Below are positions 1 through 11,820 of a stretch of 53,888 nt of DNA, piece after piece. The notes under the pieces are model-generated. The model made no database searches, was not told the origin of the DNA, and saw only the letters and a program-made list of their open reading frames with translations. The position numbers were made by a program, and so were the translations under genes. This DNA comes from Intoshia linei (Eukaryota; Animalia; Orthonectida): positions 1 to 53,888 of the forward strand of contig LWCA01000106.1 of assembly GCA_001642005.1 (NCBI GenBank), in the 5' to 3' direction. Each line of letters starts with the position of its first letter. Within the stretch, counting starts at the first letter, position 1.

Positions 1-440
1 CCATTTAAATAATTCGAAAGTTCACCCCAATCGGCCACTTCGGAATATCTAATATCAGTTTTATTTATGATTAGTATTTAGTTTAGTAGATTAGTAGTAT
101 TAGTATTTATTTATAAGAATTTTCGATATATAAAATAATATTAACAATTACCTACAATTGAATAAGCATTTTACCCAATATGAACAAATAAAATCACATG
201 CCTCGACCATCTTAGCGTCTCTCATACCTAAGAGATGCTTTAATAGCGTAAATTGCCTTTGCGTTCCATCTTGCATTTGATATAGGTCCTGCATATTTGA
301 ATGATATTTTTGGACTTTTTCTTCAGATCGTTGAGTTAAGTAAGCATTGGTGAGATCATATAACTCCAAATAATCATTTCTCCATATACCTTCAATATTA
401 ATGATATTTTTAATGTTTGTTGTTTCAACATAGTTATCTT
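1..440 (-). CDS. Partial spliced gene, uncharacterised protein (runs off the left edge)
   Basis: Open frame ~440..152 (contains ORF 148..369) ends at TGTAG|GTAATT. An intron 151..49 ending TTAG joins in frame to RYSEVADWGELSNYLN. The 5' exon boundary is unclear and no family was recognised. Confidence 0.4.
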
Positions 441-772
441 TAAGGTTTTCAAAATTTGTTCGAACAAATGCAACAAATGGAAAGTTTATATTTGGAGGAT
501 ATTATTTGATGAGTCTGGTTTTGTTGATTTAAAGATTTATTTTAATTGAATAGAAATTCTAATAATTCAGTTATTCACAGTACAATTAAAATTATTATTA
601 AAATTACGAAATTGAGTGAACAGAATTTTCTATTACAAAAATTGATTATTAAAATTATGAGAGTCATTTAACAACACAATTTTCAAGGAGAACAACAATG
701 TACCAAATAATGTGACGACACTTGTAACGATTGGCAGAGAAGAACTGATAAGTTCATCTTAAATAAAAATAT

Positions 773-844
773 GTCAAAATCGGGATGTGAACTCTAGCCA
801 CGCAGCATACAATTATATGATTATAACCACTCTGCCAGTTTGAC
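773..844 (-). pseudogene. Degenerate tRNA (pseudo-tRNA or tRNA-derived SINE head); nominal anticodon TGT
   Basis: Minus strand GTCAAAC TG GCAG AGTGGTTA ... TAGAG TTCACAT CCCGA TTTTGAC. It is 72 nt, has A-box- and B-box-like motifs at canonical spacing, and 6/7 acceptor-stem pairs. The D, anticodon and T stems pair poorly. Confidence 0.5.
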
Positions 845-1820
845 ATCATAAGTGAGTTATATCAAAAGTATATATTCGAATTTCGATTAGTACGATAGTT
901 ATATATCACTACAACAATAAAAAAGAGTAATACATTATAAACATTATAGCACATTAAGATTCATAATACATTATTATTAATAATAAATAGTGTAATAAAG
1001 TATAGTTCACATTTTTAAAAATAAAAATATCATAAATGGTTTTAATTTCAATTAAATGAATTAATTTTCACATATTCGTAATCAGTGCATAAAAACACAC
1101 CTATATGCAAATATACTTTTCGATCTTTAAAAAAGTGGACACCCTAATGTACATTGTACAATGTACATGCATTTTTAGTATAATAAATTAATTAACAGAT
1201 AAATAATAGATAACAACCTGCCGTGTCCATTCACAATATCGTAAATCAAAAAATCGTATTTATTTTGTTTAAGTTTAAATAAAATAATTCATTAACTAGT
1301 TCATTTAATTTAGACTACAGACCCAAGTTAAAACTGAAATATTAAAATACCATATTACAAAAAAAATAAAAATATTCTATGGTGTTCACACCAAAGAATA
1401 TTTTTTATCCAATTCAATTTAGTATATTTAGTTTAGTTATGAAGTTTATTTTTTTTACGATCAAAAAACTACGATCATGTGATTTTACGATATTTTGATA
1501 GTGCGCCCCACCTGTGTGTTTATTCTAAAAATAAAAATGGTGCGTGTATGAAAGCAATAAAAGAGATTTGTTTAACTCTTACGACTCGCGTAGTCGACTC
1601 AACAGTTTTCTAATATGAAATTTACTTAAACTAAATTTAGATGGGACTGGACCCTAGTCATTCTAAAACTAATTTATTGATATTAAACTTTACATTTTCA
1701 ACGTCTTCAATGTTATTTTTTTGAATTACGGTAATTCATCAAAATTTTCAATCTAAGTTTACTAAAATAAAAGCATAACAAAATTTAAATATTTATAGTA
1801 AATAAGTAGAAACGTTAAAT

Positions 1821-1869
1821 CAGTGATTTCCAACGTGGGGCATGAAACTTAAAAGGTTGGGAAACACTG
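1821..1869. mobile_element. 49-bp hAT (Buster/Charlie-type) mini-MITE
   Basis: TIRs CAGTGATTTCCAAC / GTTGGGAAACACTG. The 8-bp flanks CGTTAAAT / GGTTAAAT match 7/8, consistent with a TSD. Confidence 0.65.
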
Positions 1870-3628
1870 GGTTAAATGGTGTAGAAATTAAATTTTAAAT
1901 TCTTCTACAACATTAAATCATTGTTCATTAATAATTTAATTTAATTAATCATTAATAAAATAAAATTTTTGTAAAAACTTAATAATAAAATTGTTAATAA
2001 AATTTATCAGTAGTTTATCAACCTATCATAAGTTATATTTTTTGATTGTTAACTCATCCATGTTTTCAAAAGTTTTATCCATTAGATCCAATTCTAATTT
2101 TTAAATTAAACTACAGTACTCGTGGAATAAATCACACCCTTATAAACAAATCTTAATTTTTGAGATTAATCAAGCATATAAAAAATCAACAGCTATCATT
2201 TTAGCCTTTTATTTCATTCAATTAAAATTATTCAAAATGAAAATATAGAACATATTCGATGTAAAAAACCTTCTTAAATCCCTTAGGTTTAACAGATGCA
2301 GTGATATCTCGATTAATTCAATTTTAGTTTATTTGAAGTTAAAATTACATATCTTTGATTGCATTCGTAATTTCTGATAAATTAACACAAATCCTCACTT
2401 ATATATAGTAAAATGTTTTTAAATGTATGTCTGTTCAGGGATTGGAATTAATTGATAAAAATTATAGAAAAATAAAAAAATATTTTCCAATTAATTGAAG
2501 ATTGATAAAAATATCACAATCATTTTTAAAAAACTGTTATGTGGTTATAGTGAATACTAGGATGCTCTTGTTCAAAGTACATAAAAGTCATGCTAGTAGG
2601 TTAAATACATCCTTTTTCTAATGACAAACGCGTTTCTATTTTTCTAAAATTATATAGAATAATAAAAAGTTGGTAATATTTTATTATACAGTGTCAAACT
2701 ATTTTAGTTGCATTACATTTTATTTGCAAAATAGTATTTAGAAAATATTGTCATACTATTTATTTTATTTCTTTCTTCGAATTTAAAAATAAAATTGTTT
2801 CTAGTAATAAATAAAGCATGGTGGGACTGTGATATGCTACAACGAGTGTTGACAGTGTCAACTTAATATTGTATTATTATAAATTATAGTGTATATCTAT
2901 TAATTAATTTTTTGAACTACATAAAAAAAATTTAATTAATTTTTTCATCCAACCATTCGTCAATAAAAACATTCAATTTATATTTTTTCAGTTATATGAT
3001 AAAAACCAATTAATTGATTGCTAATTTATTTATCATATATTAATTTAGAATGATATCACTGCTTATTTAATGAAAAGATACCTTTATCAGTTTTTAAATA
3101 ATTGATTATATTTGTCTTTATGTGTGTTTTTCATTGTTGAGTCACTAGCGTGTATGCTCTGTGCTGAGTACAAAACAGAAAACACCCGTTTGATACCCAT
3201 TTATTTTGTCTGAAATACCAAATGAAAAATTTCGTCTTATTTTAAATTTTTTCGCTATTTGAATAAATAATAAATAAGGTAGAATTAAATTTAAAGATGC
3301 AAAGTGAACAACCAAACAAGACGACAAAACATTAAAATACAATATCTCATTATCACATTCCACTAAATCAAGTCATATTTTAGTTTTTGTATGAAATTTT
3401 TGAAATGGCAAGCGTCTCGGCAACTAAATCTCCAAAATAATTTTTTTTCAGTGTAGCCCTAAAACTATCATACGCGACTTTATTCGTTACTGCACCATAA
3501 AATTTCAAAAAAACTACTAAAATTCACACCCCTAGTATACATCACAATTTAGTTTCAAAGTTTTTTTAAAGCCTGACAATTTCAATTAATTACATCATTA
3601 AACTAAAATTTAATAAAATAAGTATAAT

Positions 3629-6600
3629 CTATACAATGGTATTTGGTCGTTTAGCGTCAATATTCCATGCTCTGAGATTTTTTAAACAAATGTTTATATT
3701 TTTAAGCCAGTAATTTCGATGGCCATAATCGTCGGCAGCCAATATATATCTACATTTTAATTGATCAATAACAATTCACCATATACAAAATCAGAACTAT
3801 CATAAATTTAGACTATTTTTTAATAATTTACATATAAAACACAAAAAACATTTATTAAATATTAAACAGTTATTTTTTTGGACCATAAAATATTGTAATT
3901 TCAAATATATTATCACCAAAAAATTTTTTAAGAATTTCTAATAATTACTGATTTGTTTAATCTAATTTCAATATATTACACTTTCTTGACGCCATGTACA
4001 TCTATAGTGCTTATAGAAAAAGAACATGGTCTATATGTGGGCTCATATAAACCAACGTTGTCATCAATGCAATCTCTCATGTCTATCATTATCTTTGATT
4101 CCTGAATAAAACAATTAATATAACTATCATATTTTTACATAAATGCAGATTCCTCCTTCACTTACATTACTAAATTAATTAACATTGCTGTTAATAAACA
4201 AATAACACTTAAATCAGAAACACTTTTAGTGTAGATATTACAACTTTTTCCAGTGCACTGAAATGTATGGATCAATGGTGAACAACCTGCGGACGTGGGC
4301 AATCCATGTGATCATAATGTATTATATCATTTTAATTCAAATAAAAAGTTTAAAATATAGAGTTAAGTAATTTTACTGGAGACTTGGTGCAAAGCTTGCG
4401 CATCTCACTATAGATAATTAAAATGAATAATTTACCAATGAATCAATTTTACATTCTTCATCAGATGTTGTTCTATCAAAAAGTACCAAATAATTATTCA
4501 TTAACAAAGCCCTTTTTCGTATCCAAGATGGTTTTTCATAACCATTTTCGAAAATTTTATCAAATATAGTCTATATTATATATAAATTTTCAAATATTAG
4601 TTTCACATTAAAATTTAAGGTGAGCCCAAATTTTTATTTATTTCACAGGTGCGTGATAAAGTAAAAAATGTTAAGAAACACTGGACGACCTAACATAAAA
4701 AGATAAGTAAAAAATATAAAAATACCAAATTGCATAATACATGATAAATTGCATCATCCATTTGAATTGTTATGTTCATATTAATAGGTGATAAGACGTA
4801 ATGTTGATCTTTTTTCTAAAAATTGAAAATTAAATTTCCAACATCACTTAAAACTCGCAACATGATTTAAAAGCAACAGTGTCAAATTTTCAATAAAACT
4901 AAAATAAAAATTTGTTCATTACACTGAACATTAATTCATGTAAATATGTAGGAGTTTTTTCAACTTTATTCAAGTCAACTTTTGTCAACAAAAGTCTCAG
5001 GACCACTCAGTAAGACTATGAAATGCAATTCTAGTTTTAAAAGAATATGAAATAAATGATAAAAAATTGGCCCATGTTTACGCATGAACCATTGTATCCA
5101 GATAAATACTAGACAAAGTACCAATGAACCAAATATATAAGACATTAATACTAACCTTTCCTAGTTAATAATTTAATATAAATAAAAACACCTCTTCAAG
5201 TTTGAATCTACGAATGGCAAGACTGTTGATTCCAATAGGTATAGTACAAATTAAAGAAAAATTTTCTTCAGAATTATGATTTGATTTATTTCTCTGTAAT
5301 CCTTGCATAATTTTAATAGGTGTAATTAACTTTGATTTTGAATGATTTTGGGAATTTTTTTTTGAATGGGAACTCTAAAATAAGAATTAAATAGTGATAA
5401 AATAAGTTAAGATATCTAAAGGTAATAAAAAATAGTATTATTACTATACAATATATTTCTAATTGCAATTTGAAATTATTCATTAAATTTTTGACAACAA
5501 TTTCATCAGAAAATTTGAGAAAAGTGTCATCGGGACAAACAGAACGACATTTTGTATAACTCAATAAATAATCATTTCTAATCATACATACAAAATATTC
5601 TCTGTCAGATCGAATATCGGTTCGTTGAAGAGGTAATAAAATATTTTTAATTGTTAGAGTTGCACTAGCACAATTTTCATCTAATTTGGTGATGACATCA
5701 CTTCTATAAATTTTTTCTAGTTTTTCACTTAACAGGGCCCTTTTAATGGTTGCAATAAACATGAGATAAGTAGCTTCAACTTGATGTTCAGATCCATGAA
5801 ACGACGACCCCTTACTAGACAATTGCATAGCTTGAATCGTTTGTCGAATTTTGGAATTTTCCATTTCTATCAGTTTTCGGATTTCCTTGATTTGATTTTC
5901 TTTTTCATTCACCGTGATTACAGTTTTGGTATTTCTTTCTGGAGACTGTTCTTTTTTCACATCTAAATCAAAATCCAAGTGAACAGGTTCAACGTAATGG
6001 ATATCACTCGCATTTACGCCACATTGATTCATTTTTACGGGCGTCTCAAAGGTACTACTATCACTGGTAAGTGACAAAGAAACATCATCCATTTGATTAG
6101 TCATATAATGATCATTTTTTTCGTAGTGAACCACGGAAGGTGAACAATTCGAGAAAGATGTAAGAGACGTCGGGCTATCCAATTTAGTAGAATATAGTGG
6201 TTGATTAGACTTTGATTCGGCATACACCGTTTCGAGGTCCGTGTTTGAATTAAAACTGTCATACATAAACCTATTTTCAGGAATGTCAAATTTTGAAATT
6301 TCTGTATCTGCTGGACTAGACTTATATTTATCTTCCTCTACACTTTTGTTTCGTTTTTTTAAATTTTCGAGAAATTCATTTGAAATTTTTTCATTATCTT
6401 CTATATTTTTACTTATTTCAATTTTTCTCTCCCACAATTGCATTCTAGAACTAACCGGTGTATTTGTGGGTTCAATATTTATAGTATCATACTCTTTACA
6501 GTTATTATCTCGACGGACAACTTGTACGCCCGGAATTTCCTTTAAATTACCAAAAGAAATTGTACTATTAATTGGAGTCTTGTGTTTAATGGGTTTAGAA

Positions 6601-7393
6601 AAATCAACAGTGGGTGTTATATTAGAATGAACCTCATTCAAATTTTTTATTTTCTCCACTTTTTTTAAAATAGATTTAGGTACAAATTCAATATCTTTTT
6701 TTATTGGAACTGGGTCAATTTCTATATTTTTTTCAGTTGAAAATTGAACTTGCACATTTTCAGACTTTGATCGTTTTTTTGGATGTGGCGAATTAAGTGG
6801 AGAAGCTACATCATCCCATTCGCTCCGGACACTGGATATATTTTTTAATTTACCTATCAGGGTTTTGTTTTCTAAATACAAAAATATAGTTATACCAATT
6901 AATATAACAAAGGCCTACATATTCATTTTTAACGGTTTTGATACAACAAATATAATCACAAGTAAATGAAAAAAACAAATTTTCGTAATAAAATCTAAAT
7001 CCGTATTATTTGAGCGATATTTAATTTCTAAATGGCCTTAGCATCTCTTTCCAGAAAAGCTACAATACTCCTTTCCAAAGCTGAACATTACTTTTTGTTT
7101 GTTAATAAAATGAAAGAATAATTTTGATTTTTTTCAAAAAATTAAGAAAGTACGAGTATGCGTTTTAATCATATTTCCTATTAAACTGAATTCCCTAATC
7201 TAGGCGTATCAAATATCCGTACTTATATAAAGTAATAACTTAATAAATATTTATACAGTCTAAAATGTCATTTTATGAAATAATTTTATAGACCATATTT
7301 TTCAACTTCTGTAAGATTGTCTTCGGTATTGATATTGCTGATATTAACATTTTCTTTTAGTACTTTACGTTTCATTCTGTATTCACGAACCAT
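3629..7393 (-). CDS. ANLN: Anillin-like protein (low-complexity N-terminus, anillin homology region, C-terminal PH domain); multi-exon
   Basis: Large exon 6871..~5446 has IEMENSKIRQTIQAMQL...FHGSEHQVEATYLMFIATIKRALL...ATLTIKNILLPL...FKLQLEIY, typical of the anillin RBD/C2 region. Downstream small exons give a PH-like segment (SWIRKRALL; ILAADDYGHRNYWLKNINICLKNLRAWNIDA) with TAG at 3631..3629. A phase-compatible putative exon 1 lies at 7393..7294. Internal exons are only partly resolved. Confidence 0.8.
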
Positions 7394-7590
7394 TTGCTAA
7401 TAAATCAAAATTTATTGAAATCATAATTGGATTACGAATAATGTTAGATTACTCAAAAGAAAAATTAACCTCGGTATTTTGCGACATTTTGGTTTGTAAT
7501 GATGTTGTAAATTGCGCCAAAACTATAGAGATCAAGATTTGATAAATTAAGTTTAGTATTGTTTGTTTAATTTAAATAATATACTTCAAT
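7394..7590. promoter_or_regulatory. Putative bidirectional promoter between anillin and RBMX2
   Basis: About 200 bp separates the divergent predicted start codons (7393 on -, 7591/7597 on +). Inferred from geometry only. Confidence 0.45.
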
Positions 7591-10500
7591 ATGTCCATGA
7601 ATTATTTAACGTAATAATTTTTTTAATTTTAATCATTATTGTATGTAGGAAAGTTCGCAAAATACAGCAAATGAATGATATAGAATTAGAATCTAATTTG
7701 GTAGGATCAAAGTCTTCATGGCATCAAACATATAAAGAAAGCAATTGGATCTATATCGGCGCTCTTCCGTATGAGCTATCTGAAGGAGATATTATGTGCA
7801 TTTTTTCACAGTAGTACATTTAAGCTATTTTTTTATTTTTTTTAACCTTGAGACCTGTATGAGTGGTTATCAAAAATTTAGACTAAAATTTTTTTATAAA
7901 TGAGTATTTGATAATGAAAAAAAATCAGAAGGAATCAATTATATAGATTTCCACCTATATTTCAATGCACATTTTTTTTGAAATTGTAGAATAACTTTAC
8001 TGTGTTATTGTAATCCAACATTTGAAAAATATTGGTTGATAACACTGAAAAAAATTTCTGAAAAAATGTATAATTTATACATTCGTGAAAAAATTTTAAA
8101 AATGTATCTCGTAGTTAACCCTTTGACACGAAACTCCACCTATGTGTGTAGTTTTAATATTTTAGATTTTAAAACTACACATATGTGTGGAGTTGTATAT
8201 GAACAGTATTTTAAAAGACACCCATTTTATTTAAGCATATTTATTTCCAATTTCGATTTCCTAAACATATTTTAAACTAAACTTTAATTGATTAAAAAGG
8301 GTTTTTGAGTAATTTTTTAACCAAATTTAACGGGTTTTATTTGAATAATTTTTTTAATCAGATTCTAACAGGGGTTCTTTTGAGTAATTTGTTTAACCAG
8401 ATTCTAACTGAATTTTTTTGAGTATATTTTTTTATCCAGATTCTAACTAATTTTTTTGAGTAAATTTTTTTAACCAAATTCTAACAAGGGTTCTTTTGAG
8501 TAATTTGTTTAATTAGATTCTAATTGATTTTTTTTGAGTAATTTGTTTAACCAGATTCTAATAGGGATTTTTTTGAGTTATGATGGAATAAATTTTAAAA
8601 ATGGTATTTATGTAACATTCTTTTTAAAAAAACTCAAATATTTTTGTGGTTTGTATAAATTTTTAATTATATTATTAACAATATTATTAATAAATCATTA
8701 ATGATTAATTCTGATGAGACGAAAATCTCATAAAGTGACTACTGATGAAGTCGTGCAATTATTAAAGTTTATATGAATTAATTAACAATTACAAAATGAA
8801 AACATGTACTTTTAATTTAAATTTACACGTTGAAATATTCGTGATCACTTACTTTACTGGATAACTGCCAAATAAATTAATGGTGATTATAAAAGCATGT
8901 CTCAGCACACAGCATTTATATCTTTTAGTATATTCCTTTGTTAAGAAGGAAGTTATAGGTCTACCAGGGTAAATTTTAAGCCGAATTACCCTTTTTTTTA
9001 ATAAAAACAGCCCTAGAATGTCAAAAAATTTACAGGTGGTACAGTTGTATTTTTTTAACACACACAAAAAATTTCAATTCGAATAAGTGACGACTTCACG
9101 GTCAAAAAAGTATTTTAGTATTCATATATATTTTTTTTCGAAATATTTTATTAAAACAAAAAATGTGTAATTGTACAGGATTGTACTGTTTTTACTTTAT
9201 TTTTAATATTCCGTCTAATAAATTAAAAAAATGGGATAATAATTGTTTTTAAAATTCTTTACGCAAATGTTAACAAACAAAAAATTAAGATGAAATAATT
9301 CAGTTTAAAGTAAAGTGATATGATGGTTCCACTTGAAACAAGTTTGGGGATCACTCATTTAAAGAATTGATAATAGTTAATAGTAGGATTTTTAAGTTAG
9401 ATTTTCAACGTGCATTTATTTTTTTGGTTTAATAAAAATGTGCCCTCGACAGAGCTAGGTGCTGTTTGTACGTAGTACATAACAGTCAACCTAGTGTTGT
9501 ATAAAATTATAAGACTTTTTTAATTTTTACAAAAAAGGGTAAAGTGAGGTTTTGACCGTGAATATATAAGATTTTGAAATTGCAAATTATTATATTGACA
9601 AATTTAAAACGTTTTATTAGAATGTGTTGTTTATAATTCTAGGACGGGTTTAATTTAAAAACAAAGGATAATTGGGGTTTTTAACCTTGAAGGACTGAAT
9701 TTTTGACTTGAAATTTGCGATAAAACATCATTCTGAAAAAACTGTTATAAGAATATGGCATTTGTAGAACTCGACTCCCCTTACTTTCTTAAATAAACAG
9801 AAATTCATTTTTAACCATTTTATTTTATAAGGATTAAACTTTAATCAAAATAGGAAAACAAAAAAATTTACAAAATTCTATTAAATTTTCTGTTACTCCT
9901 AGCATTGTAATGGTATGAAATAAATATTTTTGATGATTAATTTGAACCTTAGCACGGACTGGGTGTCCCATAAAAAAGTTTAATGTGACCTAAATGCAAC
10001 AGGTTTAAAATGATTTAATTGAGTTATACAGACTAATTCCTCGTTAACTGAATTTTTTATAAATAATGATACATTAAAGCAGTGGTTTGACGATTGGGGT
10101 CTAAAATTATATACCCAGTGTATGTGAGATTCAAATAAAATATGTAAAAAAATTTTTATCAATTTTTGTAGAATTTTTAATATTTATTATTTTTTAGGTG
10201 TTGATTATCCCAAACCTAGACGACCGCTACAAATTTTTATTTAAAAAATCACTTTTATTCCCACCATTAATAAAATTTATTAAAAATTACCATTTCTAGC
10301 CTTCAGGGAAGAATTGACTTTTACCGATATTTTTTTGAAAAATCCGATTTTACAGAAAAACAGTTCGTTAATCAGGATTTTTTTCCGTTAACGAGAAATT
10401 CCGTTAAATACGAATTAGTCTGTATTTTAATTAGATATGGTACACCACAAGAACTTGAACTTATTCGTGACAAGGACACTGGAAAGTCAAAAGGTAAAAA

Positions 10501-10717
10501 AATGTGAATGAATAATACTTGAATTTAGGCTTTGGCTTTATGCGATTCGATGATTTTAGAAGTACCATATTAACAGTGGACAATTTAAATGGCGCAACAG
10601 TATTATTAATGTTACTGTGAATCTTATAATGATATATAGATATTAAAACGACCAATCCATGTTGACCATTGCATACCAAACAAAAAAGGGAAAAAGGACA
10701 ATAATAAACATAAATAA
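7591..10717 (+). CDS. RBMX2: RBMX2/Ist3/Snu17 RRM splicing factor (RES complex), 5 exons
   Basis: Exons 7591(or 7597)-7610, 7649-7810, 10435-10493, 10529-10599, 10640-10717 splice in frame to MNYLTKVRKIQQMNDIELE...SWHQTYKESNWIYIGALPYELSEGDIMCIFSQYG...[45 protein letters not shown], matching RBMX2. Introns are 38, 2624, 35 and 40 nt. Confidence 0.93.
8115..8194 (+). mobile_element. piggyBac-like terminus (TTAA-CCCTTT) with subterminal inverted repeat
   Basis: TTAA CCCTTTGACACG followed by a ~26-bp imperfect IR (8132-8157 / 8169-8194). No partner end was found. Confidence 0.35.
8299..8578. repeat. Minisatellite, ~7.5 copies of a ~39-bp unit
   Basis: Consensus about GGGTTCTTTTGAGTAATTTGTTTAACCAGATTCTAACA, head-to-tail with no unique spacers. 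Confidence 0.85.
8985..9494 (+). mobile_element. Non-autonomous Helitron, 5'-truncated copy
   Basis: Family internal sequence. 3' end GCCCTCGACAGAGCTAGGTG CTGTTTGTAC GTA GTACATAACAG TCAAC CTAG followed by T. Confidence 0.75.
10029..10422. mobile_element. Tigger/pogo-type MITE
   Basis: TA|CAGACTAATTC...GAATTAGTCTG|TA, with extended imperfect TIRs and repeated CGTTAAC motifs. Confidence 0.75.
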
Positions 10718-10725
10718 TATATTTA

Positions 10726-11820
10726 TTAACCGAACAAAAGATGTAAATAAAAACCTATAAATACTCCAAATAAAAGTAAAAATATATATATATATTTGAA
10801 CTCTGTAGCATTAGCTGTTTTGGTAGAATACGATAAATTTCCAAGACTTTTAACATTTGTACAACTTTCCTTCAAGTTGTACCTCAATCTTTCGTTTTCT
10901 TCCTAACAAACTGTATTAAAAATAATTAACCCAAACCTCTAAATTATTTATCTTTGCTTTCAATATTGATATTTCATCTCTAGATACGATAGTTTCGTCA
11001 AGTTGCGACGTTTGTGTTACATCGGAAATGGTGGTATCAACTTTGAATTTAACAGTCTTAATTATACAATAATTACAAATCAAAAATGCACGATAAATAC
11101 CGAAATCCTAGAAGCTAAATCAGGCTTGTCTTGTGCATCTTCAAATTTAGCTTGTTTATTCAATTCAGTCACTCTCTACACTAATTAAGATGTATCAATA
11201 TTTATTAAACCTGACTAATGTGATTTTGAATTGGGGCATTTGTACCCATCTAAATATATCAATAAAACTAGATGATAGACTGAATAATTACATTGGATTC
11301 ATCAGACTCAAAAATGGAGTATAATCGATGCTGATACATGTTTTCTTTCAAGTCTGAGTCATTAAACTAAGAATGTGTAAAAAATTTAAATAACAACCAA
11401 CCAGATCTGTTATACTTGCTTCTTTATCATAATTTTCAGTTAAACTAATGACTTGGATAAGAAATTTTTGTTTAGGGGTCTTTTTTGGGTTTTTAGTGTT
11501 ATAAGTTACTAAATGTTTTTACCATTTTCATATATTTAAATTACCATCAACATAGAACTTTTCGAGTGGTTCGATAAAACTAGCCATAGGCTTGACGCTA
11601 TAATTTTTTGGGACTGTCGTTTTAATTTTAAAAACTACTGGTGTGTTGAGTTGGTTTTCAATCACAATTGCAGATTTACAAATCTTCTCAGATAAATCTA
11701 TAGCAATTTTAAAAAAACAATTCATAATCAACAATTACCATTAAATTTAATGTTTACAAGTGGATCTATTATTATCGGACATTTTTTAACGGTTTTAGGA
11801 GATTCTCTCGATTCATCCAT
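10726..11820 (-). CDS. VAMP-associated protein (VAP/Scs2 family): MSP domain, coiled coil, C-terminal TM; multi-exon
   Basis: ATG at 11820 (MDESRESPK...IIIDPLVNIKF). VAP signature VFKIKTTVPKNYSVKP; QKFLIQV. Last exon EENERLRY...YIYIFLLLFGVFIGFYLHLLFG* has a GxxxG TM motif. TAA at 10728..10726. Confidence 0.88.

Noticed and set aside
2848-2862. Inverted repeat GTTGACA-G-TGTCAAC as a regulatory site
   Set aside because: Short, single occurrence, and not a canonical T-box site; could be chance.
5781-6630. ORFs 5781-5966, 6101-6289 and 6241-6630
   Set aside because: Antisense or alternative-frame shadows of the anillin exon.
8299-8578. Possible CRISPR array
   Set aside because: Units are contiguous and degenerate with no unique spacers, there are no cas genes, and the context is a eukaryotic intron.
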